Both the position numbers and the translations under genes were made by a program. 64,000 nucleotides of DNA. It comes from Felis catus (lineage: Eukaryota). The notes under the pieces are model-generated. The model was not told the origin of the DNA, searched no databases, and saw nothing but the letters and a program-made list of their open reading frames with translations. The stretch spans positions 4,154,001 to 4,218,000 of the forward strand of contig NC_058383.1 in the NCBI RefSeq assembly GCF_018350175.1, in the 5' to 3' direction. Positions 13,950-26,711 of this stretch are shown piece after piece; within the stretch, counting starts at the first letter, position 1, and each line of letters begins with the position of its first letter.

Positions 13950-16940
13950 CACATAAGAAGAAACAGGTCTTTATGAAGGGTCTTTATCTATTAAAGGAGT
14001 TGGATCAACAGTTAATGACCTTCTAAAACAGGAAATGCCAAGCCCGAATGTGGTCACTGTTGAATTCAACTTAACATTTAAGGAAGAAATTATACCAATT
14101 CTCTACCATCTCTTCCAGAGGACAGAGGCAGAAGGAATACTTCCTAACTCATTCCACGAGGCCAGAATTATCCTAATACCAAAGCCAGACAAAGAAAACT
14201 ACACATCAATATCTCCCATAAACGTAAATGCGAAATATCAACAAAATATTAGCAAATCAAATCCAGCAATGTATGAAAAAAATTATACGCCACCATCAAG
14301 TGAGATGTATCCCAGGTATGCAGGGCTTGTTCAACGTTCAGAAATCAAAAACAATTAATGGAGTCCATCACATCCACAGGCTAAAGAAAAGTCTCATGAT
14401 ATTAACAGATGCGAGAAAAGCACGCGACAAAATTCAACATGCAGTCATCATAAAAACTCTCAGTAAAGTAAGCACAGAGAACTTCCTCAACATCTACAAA
14501 AACCTTACAGCTAGCATCATATTTACGGGTAAGAAACTATAGAGGCTTTTCCACTACGATCAGGAACAAGGCAAGGTTGTCCCCTCTCACCACTCCTTTT
14601 CAAGATCATAGAAGTCCTCGTTAATGCAATAAAAAAAAAAAAAAAAAGGTATATTGATTGGCAAAGAAGAAATAGAACTATCTTTGTTCACAGATGCCAT
14701 GAGTGAGTATCTATGTAGAAAATCTGAAAGAATAAACCCAAAAAATCTCCTGGAATTAATAAGCAATCATAGCAAGGCTGCATTTTACAACCTTCACATA
14801 CCAAAGTCCATCACTTTCCTACATGCTAGCAAAGAACAAGTGGAACCTGAAATTTAAAACACAATACTGTCTACATTAGCACTCCCCAAAATGAAATACC
14901 TAGGTTAAATCTAACAAAAGATGTACAAGAGCTATGGGATGCAAACTACAAAACTCTTATGAAAGAAATCAAAGAAGACTTTCCGTGTTCATGGATAGGA
15001 AGACTTGATATTGTCAAGATGCCAGTTCTTCCCATTTTGATCTATAGATTCGATACAATCCCCCCCAGAAGTGGACATCAACATACTAATGCCAAAGTCT
15101 ATATGGAGAGGCAAGAAACCCAGAATGACCAACTCAATATGGAAGAAGGACAAAGTATGAAGACTGACAGTACATGACTGCGAGACCTAGTATAAAGCCA
15201 CAGTAATCCTGGGGCGCCTGGGTGGCGCAGTCGGTTAAGCGTCTGACTTCAGCCAGGTCACGATCTCGCGGTCCATGAGTTCGAGCCCCGCGTCAGGCTC
15301 TGGGCTGATGGCTCGGAGCCTGGAGCCTGTTTCCGATTCTGTGTCTCCCTCTCTCTCTGCCCCTCCCCCGTTCATGCTCTGTCTCTCTCTGTCCCAAAAA
15401 TAAATAAACGTTAAAAAAAAAATTAAAAAAAATAAATAAATAAAGCCACAGTAATCCAACGAGATACTGACAAAAGAACAAACAGATCAATGGCACAGAA
15501 TAGAACCCCAAAACAGACTCCCATAAATTTAATCACCTAATCTTTGACACGGAGTAAAGGCAATACAATGGAGAAAGGAGATGTTCTTTCAACAAATGGT
15601 ATGGGAACCACTGGAGATCCACACGCAAAAAAGTGAACCTCGACACAGAACTAACATCTTTACAAAAATTAACCCAAAATGGATCACAGGACTAAATGTA
15701 AAATGCAAAACTCAAAAGCCCCTAAAACAAAAGGTAAGAGAAATCCAGATGACCCTGGGTTTGGCAGTGAGTTTTCAGACGCGACACCCAAAGGACAATC
15801 CACGAAAGCTGGGCTTCCCTAAAAGTAGAAATTTCTGGTTTGTGAAAGACACCATAAAGAGAATGAAAAGACAAGCCAGAGGCTAGGAGAAAATATCTGC
15901 CAAAGACACACCGGGTAAAAGTCCGTTCTCCAAAACAGATAAAGAACTCTTAAAATTCAACATTAAGAAAAGACCCCGATTGAAAAAATGGGTCAAAAAT
16001 TGGAATAGACATGTCACCAAAGATACAGAGATGGCAAAGAAGCATTCGAAAAGATGTTCCGCCTCATGTCACTAGGAATGCAAATTAAAACAACAAAACA
16101 CCACTACACACCTATTAGAATGTCCAAAATCCAAAACACTAACGCTAAATGCTGGCAAGGGTTGACAAATCCTGTTCACCGCTGCTGGGAAGGCAAAACG
16201 GCATAGCCACTTTGCAAGACATTCTGGCAATGTCTTACAAAACCGAACGTGTTCCTGCCATACGATCCAGCAATCACGCTCCTTGGTGTTTACCCAAAGG
16301 GGTTAAAAACTTGCGTCCACACACACAAAACTACACACAGATGATTACAGCAGCTTTAGTCAAAAGCGCCAAACCCTGGAGGCCACCAAGATGTCCTTGA
16401 ACAGGTGAATGAATAAATAAACGGTGGCCCGTCCAGACAATGGAATATTATTCAAAGGTAAAAGCTAAAGAGAAACAAGCTGTCAAGTCATGAAAAGACA
16501 CGGAGACACCTTTAAGTGCACAGTATGTGACATTCTAGAGAAGGCAAAACTGTGCAGACATTAAGAGTGTCAGGGATTGCGAGGGTGCGAGGGGAGGAGA
16601 GGGACGAATCCCGAGGATTTTTAGGCAGTGAAACTACTCTGTATGACACTCTAATGGTGTTTTTACACCATTACACATTTGCCCAAACCCACAGAATGTA
16701 CAACACCAGGAGTGAATCCTAATGTAAACTATGAATTCTGGGTGACAGTGATGGGTCAGTGTAGGTTCATCAATGGTAACAAATGCACCACTTTGGTGGG
16801 GAATGCCGATGACGGGAGGGGGGAGGCTGTGCGTGGGGCGGGGCCACGTGGGGGGGGTGCATAGCACGTATAGAGGATATCTCTGTACCTTCCTCTCAAT
16901 TTTGCTACAAACTTAAAACTGCTCTAAAAAAAAAAAAAAA
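13950..16940 (+). mobile_element. L1 (L1MC-like) ORF2 + 3' end, nested in the preceding L1
   Basis: ORF2 remnants in the ORF track ([30 protein letters not shown]); ends aaaactgctct + poly(A). Confidence 0.85.
15211..15439 (+). mobile_element. Young felid CAN-SINE with perfect TSD
   Basis: TSD ataaagccacagtaatcc at 15192-15209 and 15440-15457. Confidence 0.95.
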
Positions 16941-17520
16941 AGGGAGTAAATACTGACATATACCATGGATGAACCTTCAGACAATTACAACAACTGAAAG
17001 CAGCCAGATACGAAAAGCCACATGTGGTAGGATTTCATTTATATGAAATGTCCAGGATAGAGAAATCCATAGAAGACAGAGAATAGTGGTTCAGGGAATA
17101 GGGGGAGTGATATGAACAGGTATGGGGTTTCTTGTCGGGGACGGGGGGATAAAAATGTTCTGAAATTAAACAGTGATAATGGTTGCACTGCTCTGTGAAT
17201 ACAAAAAAAACCATCAAATCGTACACTTTAAAGGATGAATTTTAGGGGCGCCTGGGTGGCTCAGTCGGTTGAGCGTCCGACTTCGGCTCAGGTCATGATC
17301 TCGCGGTCCGTGAGTTCGAGCCCCACATCGGGCTCTGTGCTGACAGCTCAGAGCCTGGAGCCTGTTTCAGATTCTGTGTCTCCCTCTCTCTCTGACCCTC
17401 CCCGTTCATGCTCTGTCTCTCTCTGTCTCAAAAATAAATAAACGTTAAAAAAAATTATAAAAAAAAAATAAAGGATGAATTTTATGTGATGTGAATTATA
17501 GCTCCACAAAGTTGTGATTT
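16941..17520 (+). mobile_element. Resumption of the L1MB-like 3' UTR
   Basis: catggatgaacctt...tttatatgaaatgtccag...gtacactttaaa. Confidence 0.8.
17245..17468 (+). mobile_element. Young felid CAN-SINE with perfect TSD
   Basis: TSD taaaggatgaatttta at 17229-17244 and 17469-17484. Confidence 0.95.
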
Positions 17521-17735
17521 AAGGGTAGATTCAAACCTGAGAATGTCAATAATTACATGAGATGTTAAAAAATTAAGCTCTCCAATGAAAAGACAGAGAT
17601 TACAAAACAGATTGAAAAGGACCCAACTATAAGCTGTCTAAAAGAGACTTTACATATTAAGACAAAGGTAAAATCACTACATGAGTGGAAAAAGACATAC
17701 CACGCAAAGAAGAAGCATTAACAAAGGGGGAGTGT

Positions 17736-17965
17736 GGGGCGCCTGGGTGGCTCAGTAGGTTAAGCATCTGACTCTTGATTTCAGCTCAGGTCTTGATCTC
17801 ATGGTCATGAGATAGAACCAAGCCCCACCCACATCTGGGTCCACGATGGGCGTGCAGCCTGCTTAAGATTCTCCCTCTTTCTCTCCCTCTTCCTCTGCCC
17901 TCCCATCGTCTGCACACACTCATGGGTGTGCTCTCTCTCTCTCTCAAAATAAAAAAAAAAAAAAA
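17736..17965 (+). mobile_element. CAN-SINE
   Basis: ggggcgcctgggtggctcag head, (CT)n, poly(A). Confidence 0.9.
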
Positions 17966-18392
17966 GGGTAGTGACAGTTTAATATCAGATAAGAGGGATT
18001 TCAAAACAAAATATATTAAGAGATAGAACACTTGGTAATAATAAAAGGATCACTTTAAGAGGAAAACAGGAACTCATAAACGTACATGTGCACCCAATAA
18101 CAGAGCTTCAAATACATGAAGCAAACGTCCAGAGTTAAATTATAAGGAGAAAGAAAATCCTGCAATCCATAGCCGGAGGTTTTATATGTATCTGTAAGCA
18201 ACTGATAAAACTAGACAACTAGTAAAGACACACAAGATCTTAATACTTTCAATCACATTGACTTGCCTGATAGAACGGAATGACTTACAGAACACTGTGT
18301 ATAATGACGCCAGAATCACATTCTTTAAGTGCACACAGTACATTTACTAGGAAATACCATATATCCTCAAATTTTAAAAGATTGAAATTATA

Positions 18393-18624
18393 GGGGCGCC
18401 TGGGTGGCTCAGTTGCTTGGGCCTCTGACTTTGGCTCAAGTCATGATCTCACAGTTTGTGAGTTCAAGCCCTGCATCGGGCTCTGTGCTGACAGCTCAGA
18501 GCCTGGAGCCTGCTTCGGATTCTGTGTCTCCCTCTCTCTCTGCCCCTCCCCTGCTCGTGCTCACGCACACGCACGTGCGCGCGCGCGCTCTCTCTCTCTC
18601 TCAAAAGATAAATAAATAAACAAT
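18393..18624 (+). mobile_element. CAN-SINE with TSD aaagattgaaattata
   Basis: Head, body, tail and flanking direct repeat. Confidence 0.93.
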
Positions 18625-18797
18625 AAAGATTGAAATTATATAGAGTACTCTTTCTGACCAAGATGGAATTATGTGAGAAACCAGTAACAAGTAAATAACA
18701 AGGTAATGCCCACCATATTTGGAAAATAAATAATACTTGTAAATAATCATCGGATAAAAGTAGAAATCACAAGATAAATTAAGAAAAGTGTTGAACT

Positions 18798-20169
18798 TGG
18801 CACAAAAACAGACACTGAGACCAGTGGAACAGAATAGAGAACCCAGAAATGGACCCACAAACGTATGGCCAACTGGTCTTTGACAAAGCAGGAAGGAATA
18901 TCCAATGGAAGAAAGACAGTCTCTTCAGCAAGTGGTGCTGGGAAAACTGGACAGCGACATGCAGAAGAATGAGCCTGGGCCACTTTCTTACATCAGACAC
19001 AAAAAATAAACTCAAAATGGGTGAAAGACCTCAATGTAAGACAGGAAGCCATCAGAACCCTCGAGGAGAAAGCAGGCAAAAACCTCTATGACCTTGGCCG
19101 CAGCAGCTTCTTACTCAACACGTCTCCGGAGGCAAGGGAAACAAAAGCAAAAATAAACTATTGGGACCTCATCAAAATAAAAAGCTTCTGCACAGCTGAA
19201 GAAACAATCAGCAAAACTAAAAGGAGAAGATGTTTGCAAACGACATACCAGATAAAGGGTTAGTATCCAAAATCTATAAAGAACTTACCAAGCTCAACAC
19301 CCAAAAAACAAATAATCCAGTGAAGAAATGGGCAAAAGACATGAATAGACACTCCTCCAAGGAAGACATCCAGATGGCCAACCGACACGTGAAAAACTGC
19401 TCAACATCACTCATCATCAGGGAAATACAAGCCAAAACCACAATGAGATACCACCTCACACCTGTCAGAATGGCTAACATGAACAACTCAGGCAACAACA
19501 GACGTTGGTGAGGATATGGAGAGAGAGGATCTCTTTTGACTGCTGGTGGGAATGCAACCTGGAAAAACAGCATGGAGGTTCCTCAAAAGGACTGAAAACA
19601 GAACTACCCTATGACCCAGCAATCGTACTACTTGGTGTTTATCCAAGGGATACAGGTGTGCTGTTTCAAAAGGGCACATGCACCCCAGTGTTTATGGCAG
19701 CACTATCGACAATAGCCAAAGGATGGAAAGAGCCCAAATGTCCATCGATGGATGAACGGATAAAGAAGATGTGGCATATATATACAGTGGAGTATTACTC
19801 GGCCATCAAAAAGAATGAAATCTTGCCATCTGCAACTATGTAGATGGAACCAGAGGGTATTGTTATGCTAAGTGAAATCAGTCAGTCAGAGAAAGACAAA
19901 AATCATATGACTTCACTCATATGAAGACTTTAAGACACAGAACAGATGAACATACGGGCAGGGAAGCAAAAATAATATAAAACCAGGGAGGGGACAAAAC
20001 AGAAGAGACTCATAAATATGGAGAACAAACTGAGGGTTACTGAAGGGGCTGTGGGAGTGGGGATGGGCCAACTGGGTAAGGGGCTTTAAGGAATCTACTC
20101 CTGAAATCATTGTTGCGCTCAATGCCAACTAATTTGCATGTAAATTTAAAAAAATAAAATTAACAAAAA
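18798..20169 (+). mobile_element. 5'-truncated young carnivore L1 (ORF2 C-terminus + 3' UTR)
   Basis: Well-preserved ORF2 peptides ([28 protein letters not shown]); TSD aagaaa(a/t)gtgttgaact at 18781-18797 and 20170-20186. Confidence 0.93.
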
Positions 20170-21974
20170 AAGAAATGTGTTGAACTGAGTCGTACTAAAA
20201 AAAGGACAACATAAAATGCATGAGATGCAGCTAAAACAGTGTTGAGAGAGAGCTTTACAAGTCTCCCCCCCCAAAAAAAAAAGAAGGTCCCAAGTTGATA
20301 ACCTAAGCTTGCACCTTAAAAAATAGGAAGTGGTTGGCAATTATACCAAGAGTGAACAGGAAGGAAAGAAAGAAAGAGCAGAAATTAACAAAATCGATAA
20401 CTTCTGGCCACACTGACCAAGAAATAGAGCAGAAATAAGTTATTTGTATCAGCAATGAAGAAGAAAACATCACTACAGACCCCTCAGAGTTTAAAAAAAA
20501 AAAAAAAATGGGGTGGGGGCAGCGGGTGGATGATGCGAACTCTGCCAATACATTTGACAACCTGGCTGAAATGCAGAAGCCTGCAGGTTCCAGGATGGCT
20601 GGTGCATCTGGGGGTGAGGCTGGGGGCTGTGGACAGGATGATGGGTGTCTGAGCGGCCACAGCCTGAGGGTGGGGGAGCAGATAGGTAGAATGTGACCAG
20701 AGGGCAATGGGGGACCAGTGAGAGGTTCTCAGCAGAGGAGTGGTCTGGTCAAGTGCGACCTGTGAGGAAAAGCCCTCCAGCTGCTTCCCCATAAAGAAAA
20801 CCTGAGCAAGGCAAGCCGGATGGGAGGCCAGCGCCACTGTCCGGGGGGAACCAGGCCCTAAGTTCCCAGGGAACAACGGCAGGACGTGAGGCGAGAGGGA
20901 GTGAGGAGGAGGAGGAAGGAGACTGCGAGGCTGGCCCAGAGATGGGGTCCCAGGGGGCAGTACAGGCCGCAGGAACGGGCCTTCGTCCTGGAGCCTGCAA
21001 GAAATGAAGCCAGGGGCAGCTGGGGGAGACCTGGGGGGAGAGCAGGGTGGCAGTACTGTGCCCGTGTTCCCTGTCCCGGCCCCTGCCAGGAGGGACTCCC
21101 GTGGACCTCCGAGACCCAGGGAGGGGCCGGGAGAGCGGGCTAGGCCCAGGTCAGCGCACACACGTGGGACCATCTCAGTCTCCAACGCCCCGGATGCAGG
21201 TAAGCCAGGTCCGTGTGGGGACACTTGGCCTAGTGAGAATGGAGGTGGGCCCAGGAGAAGGTCCCCTGTTTGTCCCAAGACGGCACGGCCACAACCAGAC
21301 AGGCAGAGAGGAAGAAGGGGGCCCAGGACGAGGCCTCGTCTCCCGCCGGAGCTCCCGGCCGTCTCCATTTGCCCATCTGGGCAGCTGGACGGTGAGCCCG
21401 GCTAACAGGCACACGGCGCCCGGCAACCCCCTAGGGATGACCTCCTCCGGGCCCCCACCCCAGGCTGCATGGCCATCTCGCCGACTGAACCGCCTCTAAC
21501 GCCCAGACAGAAGGGGCCTCCTCTTCCTCCAAACCTCTGCGTGGCCGGCCTGTGCCTCTACCTGTACCTGTGTTTCTCCTATGACACTTAGCCTAGCGCC
21601 TCCTCTCTGTCGTGCTTCAGCCTGGGTGTCACCTACCTGGAGTAGCCTCCCCTGGGCTGCTCCGGCCCCCCAGGGCGCAGATCTGAGGCCTCTGAGCTTC
21701 CCGGAACGGCCCGTCCCCGGACGCCTGAAGCGCACGGGGCCAGGCTACATACATCCGTCAGGTGCACATACAGTGAAGGTCACCTGCAGAGCTCTGGCGA
21801 CCCCTCCTGGGGCGGGCCGGGCCCACATCACCAGGACCACTCGCTCAGGATGGGGGCCCACGAGGCAGGGCTCCACTGGCCCCCCAGCTCTGCTTCTAGC
21901 CTCCTCCGAGCCTTGGTTTCCTGTCCGAAGGATGGGGCAGCAGCGTCCCTGCAAGTCCACCTGCCAGTACTTAC

Positions 21975-22223
21975 CCATCAGGTTCTGCCGCTCTTCCTTC
22001 TTCCGGGCCTTCTGCTTGGCCTCCAGCTGCACCACCGAGAGGGACGGCCCCACTGTGGGGCTGGGGAGGGCACTGGCTGCAAAGCGGGCCAGCAGGCCCA
22101 GCCCGCTCTCCTCCAGGCCTGGCGACAGGGCCCGTTCCCGGGGCCCCAGCCTATAGCCGCCGGCAGCCTCGTCCTCCTCCTCCTCCAGCTCATCCTCCTC
22201 GTCCTCCTCCTCGGAGCTCTCAT
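21975..22223 (-). CDS. TNRC18: TNRC18 exon (~18), 249 nt, acidic DESSEEE...RQNLM
   Basis: gcaccag|ATGAGAG ... ATGG|gtaagt; phase 1-1. Confidence 0.95.
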
Positions 22224-22566
22224 CTGGTGCAGAAAACAGGGGGCGAGTCAGAGCCTTGGCCCGGGTGGGTACCACCCCCCACCGCCCCTGCTCAGCCGGG
22301 GCACCAGCGAGGGATGCCACAGCTCCAGCCTAGCTCCTCACTCCTCACCGGCCGGGGGTGGTCCAATACCAGCCCACAAGTCCCCCCGATGGCCCAGTGA
22401 CCCCATCACAGCAAGCCCAAGACATGGGCATCCTGGACAGCCCAGAGGTGGGCAGCGGCCTTGGGAATCAGAGGGTTTCTGTACGGGGAACACCACATGC
22501 ACCTGTGCTGTGGGGAGGGGGACAGACACACGGACAAGGACTGGAGACAGCTCTCTCCACCGTCTC

Positions 22567-22610
22567 ACGCACGCGCACGCACGCACGCACACACACACAC
22601 ACACACACAC
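22567..22610. repeat. (CGCA)n-(CA)n repeat; reads (UG)n in the transcript
   Basis: Direct reading. Confidence 0.9.
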
Positions 22611-23967
22611 GCCCCGACATACAACATGGAGGCTGAGGAAGGAGGCAGGAGAGAAGGAAAGAGGAGGCCAGGGAGGGACAGAAAGGAGGCGGGAGAGGGC
22701 CCCGGGGACTCAGGCGCCTGGGGGTCTGGGGCTGGTGGTGAGAACGTGGAGTTTGATCTCCTCTTGGGGGAGTGGAAACTCCCTGGGTTGTAGCCCTGAG
22801 CAGACGCTGGGATCCAAACTTGACTTCCAAGGATCCCCCTGAGCCAAGAAGCCTGGAGCAAATCTCAGCCCTCCGTGAGCACCTATTGTCTCATCTGTGG
22901 CAAGGGATGGTCTCCCCAGCGGCCCCCCTCCCCAAGGTAAGGGGAGGCTCCCAATATGTAGGAGAAAGCACTTCGCAGGTTCAACAAGCATCAAACAAAC
23001 AGGACAAGCCTGTTGAGCAGAAAGAAGCCACTGTCCCCAAGGCCAAGGGAGCCACAAGCTGGCTATGCCTCACGACCCATGGGGAGCCGGGAAGGGAGAA
23101 GCACCCAGGTCAGCCCACTCTACACCAGGAGACGGAGACTCGGTGTGGCCAAGTGCTCAGGCAGGACTCAAACCCAGGGCTGCCTGGCTGTCTTGCCACC
23201 CAGAATCTCCTGGAAAGAACCTAAAGGAGCTTCAGCCTTTGTTTCCAGCTGGTGAACAGAGATGTACTTCTCCATGGGAACCGGCCTCCCGCCTGGGAAC
23301 CTGCAGCCCTGAGCCCAGCTCGGGCCACGGGAACAAAGGCAGGGCAGGTGGCAGGCTGGCAGGCAGGGCAGGAAAGGCAGTGCTCCCTGCACATGAACCA
23401 AGCCCTCCAAGACACTGTAGGCAAGTAACGAGCTTGCTTCCGACCTTCCCCAAGAGACAGCCTAACACCACAAGGGCAGGCAGGCACGAGAGCATCAGAA
23501 GCCAACTGCCCACGAGATGCCCAAGGGACATCTGCCCAAGGGCGGGGTCTGCCCAGACTGCTGGGAGTATGAAGGTGGCCCTGGGGGCTGCTGACCAAGG
23601 GCAGGGCCAGGCGAGGCCGGAGGTGCCCCTCTGCAGCAGGAAGGGGGAAGGGAAATACGGAGGTGACCCAGATCCCCCCTACTCTACCTTGGGAAGCACC
23701 TGGGCTCAGGGGACGGAGAGGGACAGAGACAGCTGGCCAAGTCCACGTTCTCGCACCACGCCCCAAGCCACCTGCCTGCTTGCGTGCAACTAACAGCCCA
23801 AAGTGGCGGCCCTGGGTGTGCCAATGGAGGCAGGGGTTCTGTCTAACCCTTTACCGAGGGAGCCTCGGTCTGTGCCGAGCGGACCCCTCAGTGAGGAAGG
23901 TGGAGATGAGCTCAAGGAATCCCTGAAGGGAGTTGAGAAAGGCAGGAGGCAGAGACAGAGGTTTGTT

Positions 23968-24055
23968 AGGAGGAGGAGGAGGAGGAGGGGGAGGAGGGAG
24001 AAAGGAGGAGGAGGGGGAGGAGGAGGAGAGGGAGGAGGAGGAGCAGGAGGAGGAG
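23968..24055. repeat. (GGA)n purine tract
   Basis: Direct reading. Confidence 0.9.
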
Positions 24056-26580
24056 ACCCGCCCCCCCGGAGCAATGGATGAAGCAGGATGGAGGCCAGCG
24101 GGGCAAGCAGGCAGGCAGTGCGCACTTGCGGTCCATTCACATTGCAGACATCACATGGTTCTGTCTCCGCCCCAGCGGGCCACAGCGGCAAAGCAGGCTA
24201 AGTGTAGGCAGACTTTCGACAGCGCCTGGGTCCCCCACAGCGGGCCTCCCTGGGGTGGGCCAATTTGAGCAGGGTGGCGGGCGGGGGGCTGGCTGGGGTG
24301 GGGGCGCGGGGTCAGACGTGTGGCCGGTTTTCCCTTGTAGAGAAGGCCTCCCCTGGCGGCTCAGGTGTGGAGACTCCAGAACTCTCTCCCATCCAGGAGT
24401 CCCCATCGGCAACGTCCGGTGGGGGAGGGCTGGCTCTGGATTTCCGGATGCCCGGGATGTCTATGTTGGACACCAGTCAGCCAGCAGCAGCCCAATCCCA
24501 GCACCCTGAGACGGGAGAGTGCTTGGAAGGGAAAAGTCAAAACCAGGGCGTGCTTCCCCCAAAGCGGAGACACAGATGATCTTGGTCTCCCGAGACGCTC
24601 CCCACCTCCGGCTGCTGGGAGCGTGACAAGCCCCCAGTGGCTGTTTCCCATGGTGGCCGGTCTACTCAGGCTGGGGTCTGCGGGGCAGGGGGAGTAGAGG
24701 GGGTCTCCGGACCAAGAAAGCCTTTCTAGAGCTGTCCACACCTGAGGTCACAGGGCTTGCCAAGGGCAGAGGGTAGAAAAAGTCCCAACAAAGAAGCCCA
24801 AGGAAATAGAGAAAAACTTTTTTTTATAAAAAGAAACAAAAAACACCACCAACAAAAATCTCTTGGCTCAGTACAGTGGGGTTGTCTGTTGTTAACTTGG
24901 TTCGGTTTCCAAAACCCGATTGATAAATGCCAAAGCAATCCGCTGCTGCCATAGCCGATGGGGGCAAACCCCGAGGAGGGGGGGTGCAGAGGGGACACAA
25001 AGAAAAGGGTTTTGCCTACCTACGGAGCAACGAGCCAGGCTCGCACCCAAGCTCAGTGACCCGCTGCGCCGTCTGCCCTACTCCCAGCCTTCGCTTTGCG
25101 TCCAGAGTGCAGCGTGAGAGCAAATGCAAGAGACCAAAACAGACATTCAAAGCATCATGGGTAGGGATCAAGGGTGAAGGTATGGTCAAGCTGCTGGGAG
25201 GAGAGAGCAGACACTAGAAAGCCAAGCAGTCAGGTGTTTTAGTACCGGATGTCAGAAGTCCCTATTACCCAAATATCCCTGTCAAGACCTCACCAGCTGG
25301 TGTGCGCAGCAAGGCCGCTCCCCTCCCCCTATCTGGGCTCTCTCCACGGCTGCTTCCGGCCTGGTCTGAGGGCCCCTGGCTCCCTCTGCCCACTCTGGGC
25401 CAATGGCCCCTTGCGAAGAGATCGGATCGGGAGGGGCTGCCTGCTTCTCTACAGGATCTGAGCTGGGGCAGGAGAGCTTAAAAACATGGAAGCTGGAACT
25501 TTGGCTTTAAAGGGGAGGAGCCCGGGGAGGAAAGGAAGGGGTCAGGGAAGGAGGGAGAATGATGAACCAGCCAGACTGGTCTGCAGAGGCCAGGGCTGAG
25601 GGAGGCCCTGCAAAGGAGGCAAAGGAGGCCGGCTGATCGGTTAGTGGCCTCCCCCCGAGGCCCAGACTGAGGGCAGCAGCACAGCAGAGTCCCAAGGGCA
25701 CCTGGCCCCCTGCTGTGCCGTCTCCTGGTCACCCAAAATGGATGTGGGCCAATCAGGACGAGGGGCGTGGGCAGGGAGAAGGCGGACCAGGAAGGAAATC
25801 AGGGTAGAGTCCAGCCCCAGGGCCCAAGCCAGTTCCCGTCCAGGTTGGCCTCTACGTGTCTGGGCCTCACTCAGGGAGCGTGGGGTCCGGGCTCTGGGAA
25901 TCCCTGAAGGGGGGGTCCACCCTGAAGCAAATGCTAAAGTAGGGTGAGGAAACACTTAGGGATCCTCTGGCTCCCCCGCCGCCCCCGGGACGCACCTAAC
26001 CCGGGCAAAGTCAGAGCCAGGGTGTTCGCAGGGGTCACTGAACCCCACCCTCTCTTCACAAGTGAGGCGAATGAGGTTCCCCGGGCTGGGCCGGGGTGCC
26101 AGCAGACCAGGCCTGTGGGCTCCTAGGCCAGTGCTCTCGCCGAAGCCTGTGCCCCGCCGCTCAACACGGCAACGAGGCCCACGCTTTCACATCTCACAAC
26201 AAAACTCGGGGCAGCAAATGGTCTTGACCCTGCACTGCCTACATGCCCTTTAAAACAGAAATATGTGTTAGCAAACGAGTGCTCGTATTTTTAAACCGCT
26301 GTTACGCAGGAACAGAGCTTTAAGAAAATAAAAAAACAAACGAGCAGCTAAAAAAAAAAATAAAATAAAAAAAAGGAAGAAAGATGAAGCTGGAGGTGAA
26401 CGCAGCTGACTTTCGATCTGAAGAATGAAACGCATGCCAAGAGCTACCGGGGACATCTGAACAATAGAAAAGAGCGGCAGACTGCACACCCCAGCTCTGC
26501 CCCTTGGTGGGGGGGGAGGGGCGGGGGGGAGGGGAAGGAGGGACAAAATGGGGGGAGCAGCAACCTAACGGTCTAGTAAG

Positions 26581-26711
26581 GACACAGCAAGAGAGACAAG
26601 GCACACGGGTTTAGTTAAAAATGAACTCGGTATGTTTAATAAAGCTTGGTATTACCAAAATCGCGGTACAAACATCAAGTCACACGCCCACACGACAGAA
26701 TTCCATTTACA
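26581..26711 (-). terminator. Candidate intronic cleavage/polyadenylation site of TNRC18
   Basis: Minus strand: TGTA elements (26708-26711, 26667-26670), ATTAAA at 26635-26640, then a GT/T-rich downstream element gtgtgccttgtctctcttgctgtgtc. Confidence 0.65.

Larger units (their letters stand above)
11390..13950 (+). mobile_element. Old L1 (L1MB-like) ORF2/3' fragment
   Basis: Degenerate ORF2 sequence (tctatttgcagatgacatgatc, RT ADD-motif region) and 3' UTR; interrupted by SINEs. Confidence 0.85.
17520..20580 (+). mobile_element. Old L1 ORF2 5' (endonuclease-region) relic hosting younger inserts
   Basis: Degenerate ORF2 on both sides of a young L1, with SINEs at 17736-17965 and 18393-18624. 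Confidence 0.75.

Noticed and set aside
14035..19843. Reverse transcriptase/ORF2-like peptides as a novel RT system
   Set aside because: Fragmented, frameshifted LINE-1 relics, not intact genes.
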